The notes beneath the pieces were generated by a model. That model had not been told where the DNA came from, did not search any database, and was given only the letters and a program-made list of their open reading frames with translations. Positions 1 to 13,051 of a stretch of 64,000 bases of DNA are shown here, in pieces. The stretch is taken from NCBI RefSeq assembly GCF_963921235.1, contig NC_086115.1, positions 56,420,001-56,484,000 of the forward strand. The letters are read 5' to 3'. The position numbers and the translations under genes are program-made. Origin of the DNA: Mobula hypostoma (taxonomy: Eukaryota). Position 1 is the first letter of the stretch. Every line of letters begins with the position of its first letter.

Positions 1-542
1 TCCAGGATATTAAAAAATGTTATCAATATTAGTAACCATGAAACTATCATATTTTTGCAAAGCCTCATCTGGTTCACTACTAGTCATCCATAATAATCTG
101 GTTTATATGTAACTCCAGACCCACGAAGATGGTTGATTTTTGGATGCTTCTTAAAGTCAGGATAGACAATAAATGGTGAACAAACAAATAAAGATAAAGT
201 TTGAACTTCCTGGAAAAGAATAATACAATAAAAATGTCTTTCATTTCTGGAAAATCTGAACCCAGTTCAGAAAGATATCAGAACCTCTATTTTTTCCTTA
301 AAAAGAGCATTGTAATGTCAACACCTGCTAAAAAAAAAATGTTGTACACTCGCAATTTCACTGAGAATTCACAGACTGTCAAGAGAAATGAATTGAAAAA
401 TACTCATACTCCACAACAAAGGAGATCTTGAGGTTGGGCCTAACGCACGTTATGAAGCAGAGGGATGGAGAATCATTGAATCATTGCTGTACTTGGGTGA
501 GATGGAATGACAGAAACACAAAACCATTATGTTTACAAAACT

Positions 543-930
543 AATCAGAATCAGGTTTAATGTCACCGACATATGTCATGAAATGTGATGTCTTTGCGGC
601 AGCAGTACAATGCAATACATAATAATAGAAAAACTGTGAATTGTAGTACATGTAATTAAATTAAAGGTAAATTAAATAAATAGTGCAAAAATTAAAATTA
701 ATTAGTAATGATGTAGTGTTCATGGGTTCAATGTCCATTCAGAAATCTGATGGCGGGGTGGGGGTGGCGTGAACGAGCCGTTCCTGAATCATTGAGTGTG
801 TGCCTTCAGGCTTCTGTACCTCCTTCCTGATGGTAGCAATGAGAAGGGGGCGTGTCTTGGGTGATGGGGGTCCTTAATGATGCACACTGCCTTTTTGAGC
901 CATTAGTCCTTGAAGATGTCCTGGATGTTG
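543..930 (-). mobile_element. Rex1/Babar-type LINE 3' fragment (host of the CR1; resumes at about 2537-2605)
   Basis: AATCAGAATCAGGTTT tail shared with many copies; the sequence joined across the CR1 matches the uninterrupted copy at about 46160-46240. Confidence 0.75.
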
Positions 931-2536
931 ATATTAAGGGAGAGGAGATGTTGGAGTCGTTAAAATACATTAGGACAGATAAGTCCCCGGGGCCTGACGG
1001 AATATTCCCCAGGCTGCTCCACGAGGCGAGAGAAGAGATTGCTGAGCCTCTGGCTAGGATCTTTATGTCCTCGTTGTCCACGGGAATGGTACCGGAGGAT
1101 TGGAGGGAGGCGAATGTTGTTCCCTTGTTCAAAAAAGGTAGTAGAGGTAGTCCGGGTAATTATAGACCAGTGAGCCTTATGTCTGTGGTGGGAAAGCTGT
1201 TGGAAAAGATTCTTAGAGATAGGATCTATAGGCATTTAGAGAATCATGGTCTGATCAGGGACAGTCAGCATGGCTTTGTGAAGGGCAGATCATGTCTAAC
1301 AAGCCTGATAGAGTTCTTTGAGGAGGTGACCAGGCATATAGATGAGGGTAGTGCAGTGGATGTGATCTATATGGATTTTAGTAAGGCATTTGACAAGGTT
1401 CCACACGGTAGGCTTATTCAGAAAGTTAGAAGGCATGGGATCCAGGGAAGTTTGGCCAGGTGGATTCAGAATTGGCTTGCCTGCAGAAGGCAGAGGGTGG
1501 TGGTGGAGGGAGTGCATTCAGATTGGAGGATTGTGACTAGTGGTGTCCCACAAGGATTTGTTCTGGGACTTCTATTTTTTGTGATTTTTATTAACGACCT
1601 GGATGTGGGGGTAGAAGGGTGGGTTTGCAAGTTTGCAGACAACACAAAGGTTGGTGGTGTTGTAGATAGTGTAGAGGATTGTCAAAGATTGCAGAGAGAC
1701 ATTGATAGGATGCAGAAGTGGGCTGAGAAGTGGCAGATGGAGTTCAACCCAGAGAAGTGTGAGGTGGTACACTTTGGAAGGACAAACTCCAAGGCAGAGT
1801 ACAAAGTAAATGGCAGGATACTTGGTAGTGTGGAGGAGCAGAGGGATCTCGGGGTACATGTCCACAGATCCCTGAAAGTTGCCTCACAGGTGGATAGGGT
1901 AGTTAAGAAAGCTTATGGGGTGTTAGCTTTCATAAGTCAATGGATAGAGTTTAAGAGTTGTGATGTAATGATGCAGCTCTATAAAACTCTGGTTAGGCCA
2001 CACTTGGAGTACTGTGTCCAATTCTGGTCACCTCACTATAGGAAGGATGTGGAAGCATTGGAAAGGGTACAGAGAAGATTTTCCGGGATGCTGCCTGGTT
2101 TAGAAAGTATGCATTATGATCAGAGATTAAGGGAGCTAGGGCTTTACTCTTTGGAGAGGAGGAGGATGAGAGGAGACATGATAGAGGTGTACAAGATAAT
2201 AAGAGGAATAGATAGAGTGGATAGCCAGCGCCTCTTCCCCAGGGCACCACTGCTCAATACAAGAGGACATGGCTTTAAGGTAGAGGGTGGGAAGTTCAAG
2301 GGGGATATTAGAGGAAGGTTTTTTACTCAGAGAGTGGTTGGTGCGTGGATGCACTGCCTGAGTCAGTGGTGGAGGCAGATACACTAGTGAAGTTTAAGAG
2401 ACTACTATACAGGTATATGGAGGAATTTAAGGTGGGGGCTTATATGGGAGGCAGGGTTTGAGGGTCGGCACAACATTGTGGGCCGAAGGGCCTGTACTGT
2501 GCTGTACTATTCTATGTTCTATGTTCTATGTTCTAT
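931..2536 (+). mobile_element. 5'-truncated CR1 LINE (RT domain + 3'UTR)
   Basis: ORF 852..2387 has KSPGPDG, NYRPVSL, DFSKAFDKV, GVPQG and YKTLVRPHLEYC motifs; catalytic FADD mutated to FADN; frameshift near the end; (TTCTATG)n tail 2510-2536. Confidence 0.95.
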
Positions 2537-3329
2537 GGAGGAAAGTGGCCATGATGGAGCTGACTAGGTTTACAACTCTCTGCAGCTTATTTTGGTCTTG
2601 TGCAGTAACATCAATCATCTAATTATTGAAATGTAATGGAATAATTATTTTAAAAATTATGTGATTTACATTTCACCTGTAATTATTTACCTACTTGAGA
2701 TTTTTTTAAAAAAAGAGAGCTGATATTAACCTGAAGCAAAGAGAAATATTTCAATATTTAGTATAGTCTTTGCAAAGGGCATCTGAGGAAGTCATTCCAA
2801 TAAGACATTGTTGACTTTAGAATAGGAGAATCGGTATCTTTACTGTTGTCATAGTTAATTTTCAGATTATTCATTACAGCATGTACTGTATTTCACAGGA
2901 TATAACAAGAGCTTTCTCCAAGCAATCAAAACACTAAATATATTCTGCAGTGAACAGGAGAACCGAATCATTTCAACCTTCCATAATTTGTAATGACAAC
3001 TCACGTCATTGACCATTTTGCACCCCAGATGGTAGGAAGGTAATATAACATCTCTGCGTGTGTTTGATTTAAAATGGATGGAGAGGAGAGGTTAGTTCAT
3101 TAAAATGTAAATGCAAATATGACAGCATTTCATAGAGGTGAATTACTGCTCTCTGCTTGTATATGAGGAAGGATGAACATACAATGTAGAACTTTTTGGC
3201 AAAGTACAGGCCCTTCAACCCATGATATTAAGTCGACTCTAAGATCAATCTAGCCCACCTCTCATACCCAGACCTTTACTTTTCTATCATCTATGTACTT
3301 AGCTAAGAGTTTCTTAAATGCCTCTAATG

Positions 3330-3894
3330 ATATAGATGCACCGTAGCAAGCATTTTTCTAGGGTGCTTCACAATCTGGTATGGAAGTTGTCCTGTCCAAG
3401 ACCAAGAGAAGCTGCAGAAGATTGTGAACACGGCGCAGCACATCACACAAACCAATCTTCCGTCCTTGGACTCACTTTACACCCCACGCTGTCGGAGCAG
3501 TGCTGTCAGGATAATCAAGGACATGACCCCCCCCCCAGCCAACACACTTTTTGTCCCTCTTCCCTCCAGGAGAAGGCTCAGGAGCTTGAAGACTCGTACG
3601 GCCAGATTTGGGAACAGCTTCTTTCCAACTGTGATAAGACTGCTGAACGGATCCTGACCCGGATCTGGGCCGTACCCTCTAAATATCTGGACCTGCCTCT
3701 CGGTTTTTTTGCACTACCTCACTTTCCATTTTTCTATTTTCTATTTATGATTTATAATTTAAGTTTTTAATATTTACTAATTTTTACTATTTTTAATATT
3801 TAGTATTTGTAATCCAGGGAGCAGGAAGCGCAGAATCAAATATCGCTGTGATGATTGTATGTTCTAGTATCAATTGTTTGGTGACAATAAAGTA
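3330..3894 (+). mobile_element. Rex1/Babar LINE 3' end inserted in an older CR1 fragment
   Basis: ORF 3424..3657 has the Rex1-type C-terminus LPSxRRLRS...NSFFPTVIRLLN; AATAAA near the end; TAATG duplicated at 3325-3329 and 3895-3899. Confidence 0.8.
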
Positions 3895-5989
3895 TAATGT
3901 ATCAAGCTCTACCACTGCCCTTGGCAGGGTTTTCCATGCACCATCCACTCTCTGTGTAAAGGACTTATCTCTGACATCCCCTCTATGCTCAAAACAGCTT
4001 AAAATCATGCCCCCTTGCCTTAGCCATTTCTGCCTTGGGAAAATGTCTCTGGCTATGCATTTGATCTGCACCTCTTATTGTCTTGGCACCTCTATCAAGC
4101 CACCTCTCATCCTCCTTCGCTCCTGAGGTAAAAGCCTTAGTGACCGGCTGATGTGCATGTGGGGCGAGTCAGGGTATGATCAGGGAATATAGGCAGTTCC
4201 ACCATAGTCTGAGTGTTGCGGTGATAAATGACCCTACACCATCACTGATCATGTAAAGAGTGAGGAGTTGAACGGCAAAACAGGATTTAGCCATGGTGCA
4301 CTCATTCTGTTTGCTGTAGTTACCCACTTTTATTGACAGATCACACTGCAGTCAGAACTAAGAAAGCAAACTGTCCTCCTCCCTGGATCCATTCAGGAAG
4401 ATTAGAAGACATACTAGGTCTTGCCTAATTCAGGCAGGACACAAGAGAACATGACTACATCAGAGATCAGCATTTCTGTTAACATTGTGACAAGGTTGTG
4501 AAATTGCCCCAAATTTCAGCCCCAGTGTATTACATGCATCATGTAGTGGCAACTCTTCATTGTATTCTTCTTCTGAAATTCTGATCTGCTGAAGCCAAAA
4601 GCTGTGAATTAGCTACTCATGTATTTAAAAAGCTTAAGCATGCAGGAAGATAAACTTGTTTGAAAGGAAATGATTTCTGTCCTTTTTTTTTCAGTTTCCA
4701 CATCTCTTGAAACGAATACATCAATGACAAAACCAACCTTTATTGGAAAGTTGATGGGCCACATTCTTGAACTGCAGCCGCCATTTCTCAGAAGGTTCTG
4801 CATGCTCCTGGGTAGGGAGCTTCAGGATTTAGATCTATGAAGGAATTATGATATATATTTCCAGTGAGGATGGTGTGACTTGGAAGAATTTCTGCAGATG
4901 GTGGTGTTCTAACAACAGTAAAACAGCACACAAGGAACTTTCTAATTAAAAGATATAAGGCATCATCAACATTTCTTAAAAATTGGGAAGTACTTGAAAC
5001 TTTGAGGTTACAAATGATCTTTGCTTCATGCAGCATAAAGAACTGAAGTCATTTCAAATTTTTGACAGAATTTTGACCATGTCCAAGAGGAAGAGATTAT
5101 GTTCTTTGTCATTCTCTCCAATGAGCTAAAATAATTATATTTATTTATTTACTGTTACAGCAGGGAATATGCCCTTCCAGCCATTCCAACTCAGCAACCC
5201 CACATCCCCAATTAATCCTTATCTAACTACAGAACAATTTACAATGACCACCCGACACATCTTTGGGCTGTGTGAGGAAATTGGAGCACTCGGGGAAAAC
5301 CTACACATTCCATGTGGAAGACGTACAGAGATCCCTTATAGAAAGGCGCCCATGTGGATAGAACAAGTTAATACTGTGGCGTCCATGTGGATAAAACAAG
5401 TTAATGCAAGAATGAACTACTAATAAGCCATTGAAGAAGGCTTAAAGATAAATGATATTATCAACCACAATCACAATCACAATGGATAACGCTGCAAATT
5501 TTTGTTTTGGAACTCCACTCTCCATGTACTTTTACTTGATGACGATATTAATTATTCCCTACAGCATAGAATACTTGAGATCCAAATTTATTATTTTTAA
5601 CAAGGTCTGGGCTTTCTTAATCAGAAAGTTGAGTTCCAAGGCAGCCCAAACTAGAAAGATGAAATAGCATACTGTTTCATCCTTGCATGGTGACAAAACA
5701 TTTGTAAGGAAATTGCCAAGATTGGAGAAAAGCTCAATCCAACCGATGAAACTTTACTTGATGGAATGGCTCTAAATGTAAGTGGTCGGAAAAGTTTCAA
5801 ATCGGGATTTAGCAAATTATATAATTCTATGTTGATTGTCACTTGAACATTGATGTGGGAAAGAGGGAAAATAAATATACTTATTTGCTTAGGAAACAGT
5901 CTCTTCCGAAACTGGAACTGAGGTTTCATTTTAGCCCACATTAGAGGACCTTTGCTTCATTAGTTTGGTAGAGGATGCTTGAACTGACG

Positions 5990-6270
5990 CACGCTATTGT
6001 AGCAGTTAGCACAATGCTTTACAGTACAGGCCACCCACGTTCCCGCTGTTGCCTGCAAGGAGTTTATACGTTCTCCCCATCACCACGTGGGTTTCTTCCG
6101 GGTGCTCCAGTTTCCTCCCACAGTCCAAAGTCCTATACCACTTAGTAGGTTAATTGGTGATTGAAAATTGTCCCAAGATTAGACTAGGATTCAGTTGGGA
6201 GATTGCAGGGTAGTGTGGCTTGATAGCCCAGAAGGGACAATTCTGTGGTGTATGTCAATAAATAAATAAA
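5990..6270 (+). mobile_element. Decayed SINE (V-SINE/HE1-like); related copies at about 5150-5350(-), 22600-22920 and 47270-47510
   Basis: Core GTGGGTTTCxxCCGGGTGCTCCAGTTTCCTCCCACAGTCCAAAG; (AAAT)n tail. Confidence 0.65.
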
Positions 6271-6563
6271 TAGCCAATGAAAATGCCTTAGTTCTTAGCA
6301 TTTAAATCCCTCAGTATAATACGTTTGAGCCTTCCTGGGTTCAAGTGTCATCATGTTTTCTCATAAGCAATCTGCTCATCTTTTAGGAGGGCTGAGTCAC
6401 ACTGCCCTACATCTTACATGATAGTGTGCGCAGCTGCATATCAATATGACCTGCACTCGCACTGTGTATATCAAACATGTGCTTCTTTCATCATTCCTTA
6501 GGCAATATTTGAGGATGGCCATAAAAAAATTTCCAGGATTTATTACTGAATAAACAGGATAGT

Positions 6564-6946
6564 TGGGTGGCGGGGTGAAGATACGCCTCTACCAAAGGAG
6601 GTATAAGGCGTTCATTCCCTCTGCTAGCCTGCTGGTCACCCTTGGGCAAGGTGTAGCACCTGCTTAGCCCCCCGATCAGGGTCAGGTGAAGCCACAGGAG
6701 CAGGTGGTGGATGGTCATTTGAGCAGTTGGTGCAGATCACAAGTCCTGGTTATGTGACCACTAATGGCAGGAAGACAATCTCAGAAGAGTATTGATAATG
6801 GCTGGGGTCATCCGTCTTGTAAAGACACTGCCCAGAAGAAGGTAATGTCAAACCACTTCTGTAGAAAAAATTGCCAAAAACAATCATGGTCATAGAAAGA
6901 CCAAGATCACCAATGTCATACAACACGGCTCATAATGATGATAATG
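6564..6946 (+). mobile_element. Non-autonomous RTE-related short retroelement; copies at about 18460-18800(-) and 44490-44850(-)
   Basis: GAAGG(C/T)AATG(G/T)CAAACCAC motif, (ATG)n-like tail; TSD AAACAGGA(T/C)AGT at 6552-6563 and 6947-6958. Confidence 0.7.
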
Positions 6947-7699
6947 AAACAGGACAGTAAAGGTACACTTTACACATTCAGTACGAAACATAATTAAGTA
7001 GTAAAAAAAAACACATCCTTTGCTTCTCACAGTTGCAATTCACTTTACTGAAAATTGTTAGTTTTTCTTCTAATCCAAGTCTCAGTAAAAGCTTTCACAG
7101 CTTTTGTTTTAAGAACTTAAATATTTTCTTGTTTCTTAAAAAATCTCCCATTATTTGTACGTCGGCAATTTTAGTCATGCAGGCAGGATTAAAACCACCC
7201 CTTCATTTCTTAAATTTCCACCTGTGTTATTATTTTGCAACAAAAAATATTGCATGCTCTCTTCCATTTATTTATATTGCAGATCGTATAAGTCACTTGC
7301 TAGTTGGTCACTCTGTAAAGTATTTTCAGTGTCAAGGATATAGCTTTCAATATTATTGTTGGCTTACAATTTGAAATAAGATTTAATTAAATGGTGGTTC
7401 AAGAGGCTTTATGACCCACTTTGCCAAATTTCAAGCTGAGCTGCATTTCCCTGCTGTTTTCAGAATCACGTTTATTATCACTGACATATGCTATGAGATG
7501 TGTTGTTCTGTGGCAACAGTGCAGTGCAATACATAAAATATTGCTATAGGTTACAATAACAAATATATAAATGAATAGTGCAAAAGGAGGGCAAAATAAT
7601 GAGGCAGCTCTCATGGGTCGGTGGATCACTCGGAAATCCGGTGGCAGAGTGAAAGAAACTGCTCAGTTGAATGTGCTGCCATGCATTTTTCCCTCCCTT

Positions 7700-8310
7700 T
7701 CATTGCCTTTATTAACTTATATAGATGTGTGGCGGAGAGCATATTGACTGGCTGCGTCATGGCCTGGTATGGAAACACCAATGCCCTTGAACGGAAAATC
7801 CTACAAAATGTGATGGATGCCGCCCAGTCCATCACGAGTAAAGCTCACCCCACCATTGAGCACATCTGCATGGATCACCGTCACAGGAAAGCAGCATCCA
7901 TCATCAAGGACTCCCACCTCCCAGGCCATGCTCTCTTCTCAACACTGCCATCAGAAAGAAGGTACAGGAGCCTCAGGACTCACTTCAGCAAGTTATTAGC
8001 CCTCAAACTTTAGGTTCTTGATCCAGAGCAGATATCCTCACTCAACTTCACTCACCCCATCACTGAAATGTTCCCACAACCTATGGACTCACTTTCAAGG
8101 ACTCTTCATCTCATGTTCTCGATATTTATGGCTTATTTTTTTTTCTTCTTCTTTTGTAAGTGCACAGTTTGCTGTTTGTCCTGTTGGATGCAGTCTTTCA
8201 TTGATTTTATTATGTTTCTTGGATTTACTGAGTATGCCTCTAAGAAAATAGATCTCAGGATGGTATATGGTGACATATATGTACTTTGATAATAAATTTA
8301 CTTTGAACTT
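7700..8310 (+). mobile_element. Rex1/Babar LINE 3' fragment
   Basis: ORF 7621..8013 has YRCVAESILTGCVMAWYGN...HALFSTLPSERRYRSLRT; ACTTTGA tail. Confidence 0.85.
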
Positions 8311-8760
8311 AATGCCCGAACACAGCATTTCTTTCTCAGCTACAGTATATGCTACTAGTTTTTTTTTTAGATTTACAACAATCCCTTTCTTTGTATAGTT
8401 TTTATTCACATATTTTATTTCTATCACTTTGCTTATTCAAGTTTTGACACTGGTCTTTATTTACCCAAGTGAAATATAAACAAAATGTGTATTAATGCAG
8501 GTCAGATCATGAAGATATTATATGGTTGACATATCTTCCATGATCTTCGCAAAGACTGACAATCTTTCTGTTATCATTTCCATGTTGGTGCCATATTCTA
8601 ATGTAAGCCTAACATTGCTCCTTGGGCAAAATGGACTGTTCACTGTCACCAATTCTGATCAAAACCTCCAACATTTAACCATATTAACAAAAAGACAAGC
8701 TTGGGACTTCTGTGCATACATGATTAATATACAAATGTTTAACAACCATGGGGGATTATA

Positions 8761-9272
8761 CACTCAGTGGTCACTTCTTTGAGGTGTCTCCTAATGTTTG
8801 TGGTCTTCTGCTGTTGTAGCTCATCTGCTTGAAGTTTCAATGTGGTGTGCATTCAGAGATGCTCTTTTGCCTGCCACTGTTGTACTGTGCGGTTATTTCA
8901 GTTACTGTCAGCTTCCTGTCTGGCTATTCTCCTCTGACTTCTCTCATTAACCAGGCATTTTCACCCTCAGAACTGATCACTGCATGTTTTTTGCACCATT
9001 CTTTGTAAACTTTAGAGATTATTGTCTGTGAAAATCCCATGAGATTAGCAGTTTCTGAGATACTCAAATCACCCCGTCTGGCACCAATGATCATTCCATG
9101 GTCAAAGTCACTTAGATCACATTTCTTCCCCATTCTGATATTTGATCTGAACAACAACTGAACTTCTTGACCATGTCTGTATGCTTTTATGCATTAAGTT
9201 GCTGCCACAGGATTGGCTGATTGCATTAATGAGCAGATGTACTGGTGTACCTAATAAAGTGGCCACCAAACG
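8761..9272 (-). mobile_element. Internally deleted Tc1-like DNA transposon
   Basis: TA-flanked TIRs of the CACTCAGTGGxCACTTT type; transposase HTH N-terminus MGKKCDLSDFDHGMIIGARRGDLSISETA. Confidence 0.85.
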
Positions 9273-9459
9273 TATCGGTCAGAGCCACTGGATTTTGCAG
9301 GAGGTCTAGCAGCAGAGCTCAGCTCTTTCATCCACTAGGGAAATTGCTTCTTGAGTGTCAGTTCAAACATGCTAAAGAATTCCAGACTGGCTTTTTCAAT
9401 GAGGGTTGGAGAGCCCTAGGTTGGGAGACAAGAGGAATTTTTTAAGCTATTGTGTTTAA

Positions 9460-10490
9460 ACTGCATCTCCTCCATTTCCCATACATCTGCTCAGTCTAGC
9501 TTCCTGCCGCCTTATTAGTGATAGAGTTCCACTTGTCCTTACTTACCACCCATCAGCCTCTGCACCCACAGCATTATCCTCCCGTAACTTATACTATCTC
9601 CAAAGGGCTCCTACTACTAAACGTATTTTTACTCCCCACCCCCAACCCCTCTGCTCTCCGCAGGCATCATCTCTCTGCAATTCCCTTGTCCATTCGTCAC
9701 TCTCTGCTGATCTCCCTCCAAGCACTTATCCCTGCAAGTGGCCTAAGTGCTACATCTGCCCATACACCTCCTCCCTCACTGCCATTCAGGGCCCCAACCA
9801 GTCTTACCAGGTGAGGCAACGCTTCACCCGTGAATCTGCTGGGGTTGTCTATTGCGTCTGGTGCTCCTAATGTGGCCTCCTCAACATTGGTGAGACCCAT
9901 TGTAAATTGGGGGAGGCTTCGTTGAGCACCTCCACACCATCTGCCACATGCAGGACTTCCGGGTGGCCAAACATTTTAATACTGATTCCCATTTCCCTTC
10001 CAACATGTCAATCCATAGCCTCCTCTTGTGCCAAAATGAGGCCATCCTCAGGGTGAAGGAGCAACAGCTTGTATTCTGTCTAGATAGCCTCCAATTTAAT
10101 GGCACAATTATCAATTTCTCCCGGTAAAAACATTTCCCCTCCTCCCTCATCTGTTCCCCACTCTGGCCTTTTACCTCTTCTCATCTGCCTATTACTTTAC
10201 ACAGGGTTCCCTCCACCTTCCTTTTCTCCTATGGTCCACTCCCCTCCCGTAACAGATTCTTTCTTCTCCAGCCCTTGACCTTTCCCCACCTGCCTTGCTT
10301 CACTGATCACCTTCCAGTTAGCCTCTTTTCCTCGGCCCCCCCCCCAACTGTTTTGTTCTGACATCTACCCGCTTCCTTCTCAGTCTGGAGAAACGTCTTG
10401 GCCCAAAACTCTTTTCCATAGATGCTACCCAACCCCACCATTTTGTGTGTGTTGCTTTGGATTTCCAGCACCTGCAGACTTTTTCATGTT
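9460..10490 (+). mobile_element. Penelope-like element fragment (GIY-YIG endonuclease + tail)
   Basis: Decayed VVYCxxC..C...IGET...VAKHFN motif; C/T-rich tail and CAGCAxCTGCAGA end; homologous copies at 27320-27795, 34330-35250, 41385-42560 and 51640-52502. Confidence 0.8.
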
Positions 10491-11516
10491 TGCTATTGTG
10501 TTTTAGTTTAAACATTTTTAAATATTGGCAAATTGGTTTATTATTGTCACATGATACAGTAAAAAAACTTTTTTTTGCATGCCATCCATATAGATCATTA
10601 CATTACAACAGTGAGTCGAGGTAGTACAAGGGAAATAGCAGAACGCAGAAGAAATTGTGCAGGGAGCAGTCTCATCTAGCTTTGCCTCTGGATCTCAGAC
10701 ATTTAAAAATCTCTCATATTTCTTATGGCTATGCTGCTGAGAGGCTGGGATACTTTGGGCCAGTAACATTAGTTCTTTGTGTCCTAAGTAAAGACTGGTT
10801 GGAGGAATCCAGGTCAACAAGGTCTAGTCCATTATCTGTCAACTCTACAGAAAACATTCCTTTATCATTTAGTCACTGTAACATAAGTCAATGGTAAATA
10901 AGTTCTCAACAATTTATCAAATGTCAGCAAATTAATTGATAGTTGAGTTTTTAGCCAATGGACTGAAAATCAGAATTAATAAAACAGAATTGTCAAGCTG
11001 CCTATCTTCACAAAGCTACAACCTGTAAAGTTTGACTAACAGGTATGCACCTGATTTGTGAACAATGGCAAATAAATCAGCTGAAATTATATTATTTCTT
11101 AACTAAACAAAATTTCAGTTTCCACCTATAGGAATTTTTTTTAATTTTCAGTAAATGCACAGCAATTTAGTTTGTGCAAGAAAATGTACTCATGAATAAT
11201 GCATTGATTAATATTGTCATTCTTCCACAGAATGGGGAACCCATCTCTTTCAGCTAAAGGTTCATTATGGTGATGACTCTTTATAGTTATATTTTCTAAC
11301 CAAGAAGATGGAAACTAGTGAAGTTGCTCAGTATATTCTTTCTGAAGCACTGTCTTTTAAAAGTATGGCAATTCATATTTACCACTGAAAAATATAGCTT
11401 GAAAGCATTTTGTTTTGTTTAGTCATTTTTAGATACAATCAATGCCAGTTCAGCAAGAAGATCCAGTAGGTCAAGTCCCCTACAGGTGGTTTAAAAGTCT
11501 GGTATTGTACTTTTAC

Positions 11517-11687
11517 TTAGTATTCATCAAGAGCATCAGTTCGAGGGATGGATAATCCTCGCTCCTTTAATGCTTCACTTTTTGCCTTTTCTGCCTCTTG
11601 CTTTTCATGCTGCTGAACTCTCTGAGCTTCCAGAATCTCCTCGATTGACACTCGCTGCAAAGGGGTATCGGTCTCCCTCTCTAGATC
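11517..11687 (-). CDS. LSM1: LSM1 coding exon 4 (171 bp incl. TAA; DLERETDTPLQRVSIEEILEAQRVQQHEKQEAEKAKSEALKERGLSIPRTDALDEY*)
   Basis: LSM1 C-terminal helix ending LDEY; CAG acceptor; total CDS 46+69+116+171=402 nt = 133 aa. Confidence 0.96.
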   Translation of the reverse strand, partial: DLERETDTPLQRVSIEEILEAQRVQQHEKQEAEKAKSEALKERGLSIPRTDALDEY

Positions 11688-11898
11688 CTGTGAGGATAAT
11701 GTCAGTCATTTAACCATCACAAAGAAACTGGCAAGTTTAAACATTGTGAGACAATTACTTTACTAAATGAATTAGAAGCAAACTACAGTCTATTGAATTA
11801 AACTGCAAGACTGAATCTGCATGCAAAGTCTTCCCCATACAAGCAATAATTGAATCCATTTTAAAAAATCCATGAATTGAATATTTCATGAAACTTAC

Positions 11899-12014
11899 TA
11901 TTTCCCCCAGAAGCACCACATTTTCCCCTCGGACAACGAAAATCCCTCTTGGAATATCACCGTACTTCCTTCCTACATGGATTCGCTCCACCGTCCGATG
12001 AAGAACCAAATTAG
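11899..12014 (-). CDS. LSM1: LSM1 coding exon 3 (116 bp, ANLVLHRTVERIHVGRKYGDIPRGIFVVRGENVVLLGEI)
   Basis: Sm2 motif (VRGENV); CAG acceptor and GTAAGT donor; overlaps ORF 11755..12009. Confidence 0.97.
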
Positions 12015-12379
12015 CTGCAATATGGAGAGGGTGTGTGTTAAGGAATTAGCACAACTGAATACCAAATGTCTCTAGTCATAAAAGACATAATGCGTTAATT
12101 AATCCAAATAGTAAAGTACAATTCTCAATAAAATTGATTTTTTAGGTTGCCATTGCTCCGCAGTTTTGAAGCTGGATCATTCTTGCCTTAGACAAACATG
12201 ACTCTTAAATTATGTTTTATTTAAATATACAGTACAAAATGCAAAATAAAAATCTCAACTGGAGTAGACAAACCAAACGACCAGAGTACCAATCTAGATT
12301 AATTGGGACAAGTGGGATTCTGAACTTTTAGGGTGCATATCAAAACTAAAGGATTTAAAGAAATTTATATTTACATCCC

Positions 12380-12785
12380 TTCAAGAGGAACACAACCATT
12401 GAGGCTTTCCTGCCTCAATGACCTGGAGAGCCATGTTGGCTGGAGAGAGGGCTTTATACTTCGGCTCTTGATAGGGTCACCCATGCCAAACAGGTTAAAG
12501 GGTAGAGGACAGACTAAGAGTAGTCCACTATCCTCCAGGTTCGGGGGTTCAGCTCAGGGCTAACAACCCTGGCTGGTAAAACAAAACTGTTACAGAAACA
12601 GCAATGAGGAATTCTACATCTGAGTGCAATGGTATTCCTGAGTCTCCACCCGAGACTTGCGTGACTGACAGTGGTGAAAACTGGGTGGAAGCTACTGACA
12701 TGATGAAGGAAGCCGTGAACGCTGCCAGAGATGAAGTACCTTCACTGCTCTCTCAAATGCCAGCGGCGTAATGGGCAAAAGAAGA
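12380..12785 (+). mobile_element. Short non-autonomous element derived from an RTE (Rex3/Expander-like) 5'UTR; second copy at 63145-63540
   Basis: The two copies align (CCTCAATGACC...TAGGGTCACCCA..CAAACAGGT...GGGGGTTCAGCTCAGGGC...AAAACAAAACTGTTACAGAAACAGCAA). Confidence 0.65.
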
Positions 12786-12982
12786 ATATTTATATCACAT
12801 TTTATTACCAAACCTGATTAGTTGAACAGTACAAATGAAATGACGTTGTCTCAAAATGTTCACTGTTTTTCTCTCTAGGTTTTCACTCTCTCTATGGATA
12901 CTGCTCGACCTACACAGCATCATCAGCATTTTCTGCTTAACACAGTTAAATAATAGTCATTTGTTACTGTACCAATACTTAC

Positions 12983-13051
12983 CAAACTGATCCACACTCC
13001 TCAAATATCCTATTAATGTTCTTCCATCTCGAAGTACAACTAAATGCTTTT
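12983..13051 (-). CDS. LSM1: LSM1 coding exon 2 (69 bp, KKHLVVLRDGRTLIGYLRSVDQF)
   Basis: Sm1 motif; pyrimidine tract/CAG acceptor and GTAAGT donor; phase 1-1 fits the neighbouring exons; absent from the ORF track. Confidence 0.96.

Noticed and set aside
852-2387. 511-aa ORF as a host gene or active RT
   Set aside because: It is a 5'-truncated CR1 with no endonuclease and FADD mutated to FADN; the first ~26 codons come from the antisense strand of the Rex1 host
4695-4830. Class C GPCR (V2R-like) exon from the frame LLES*WATFLNCS
   Set aside because: The resemblance is limited to a few residues, that frame has two stops, and a different frame is more open; not supportable without a search
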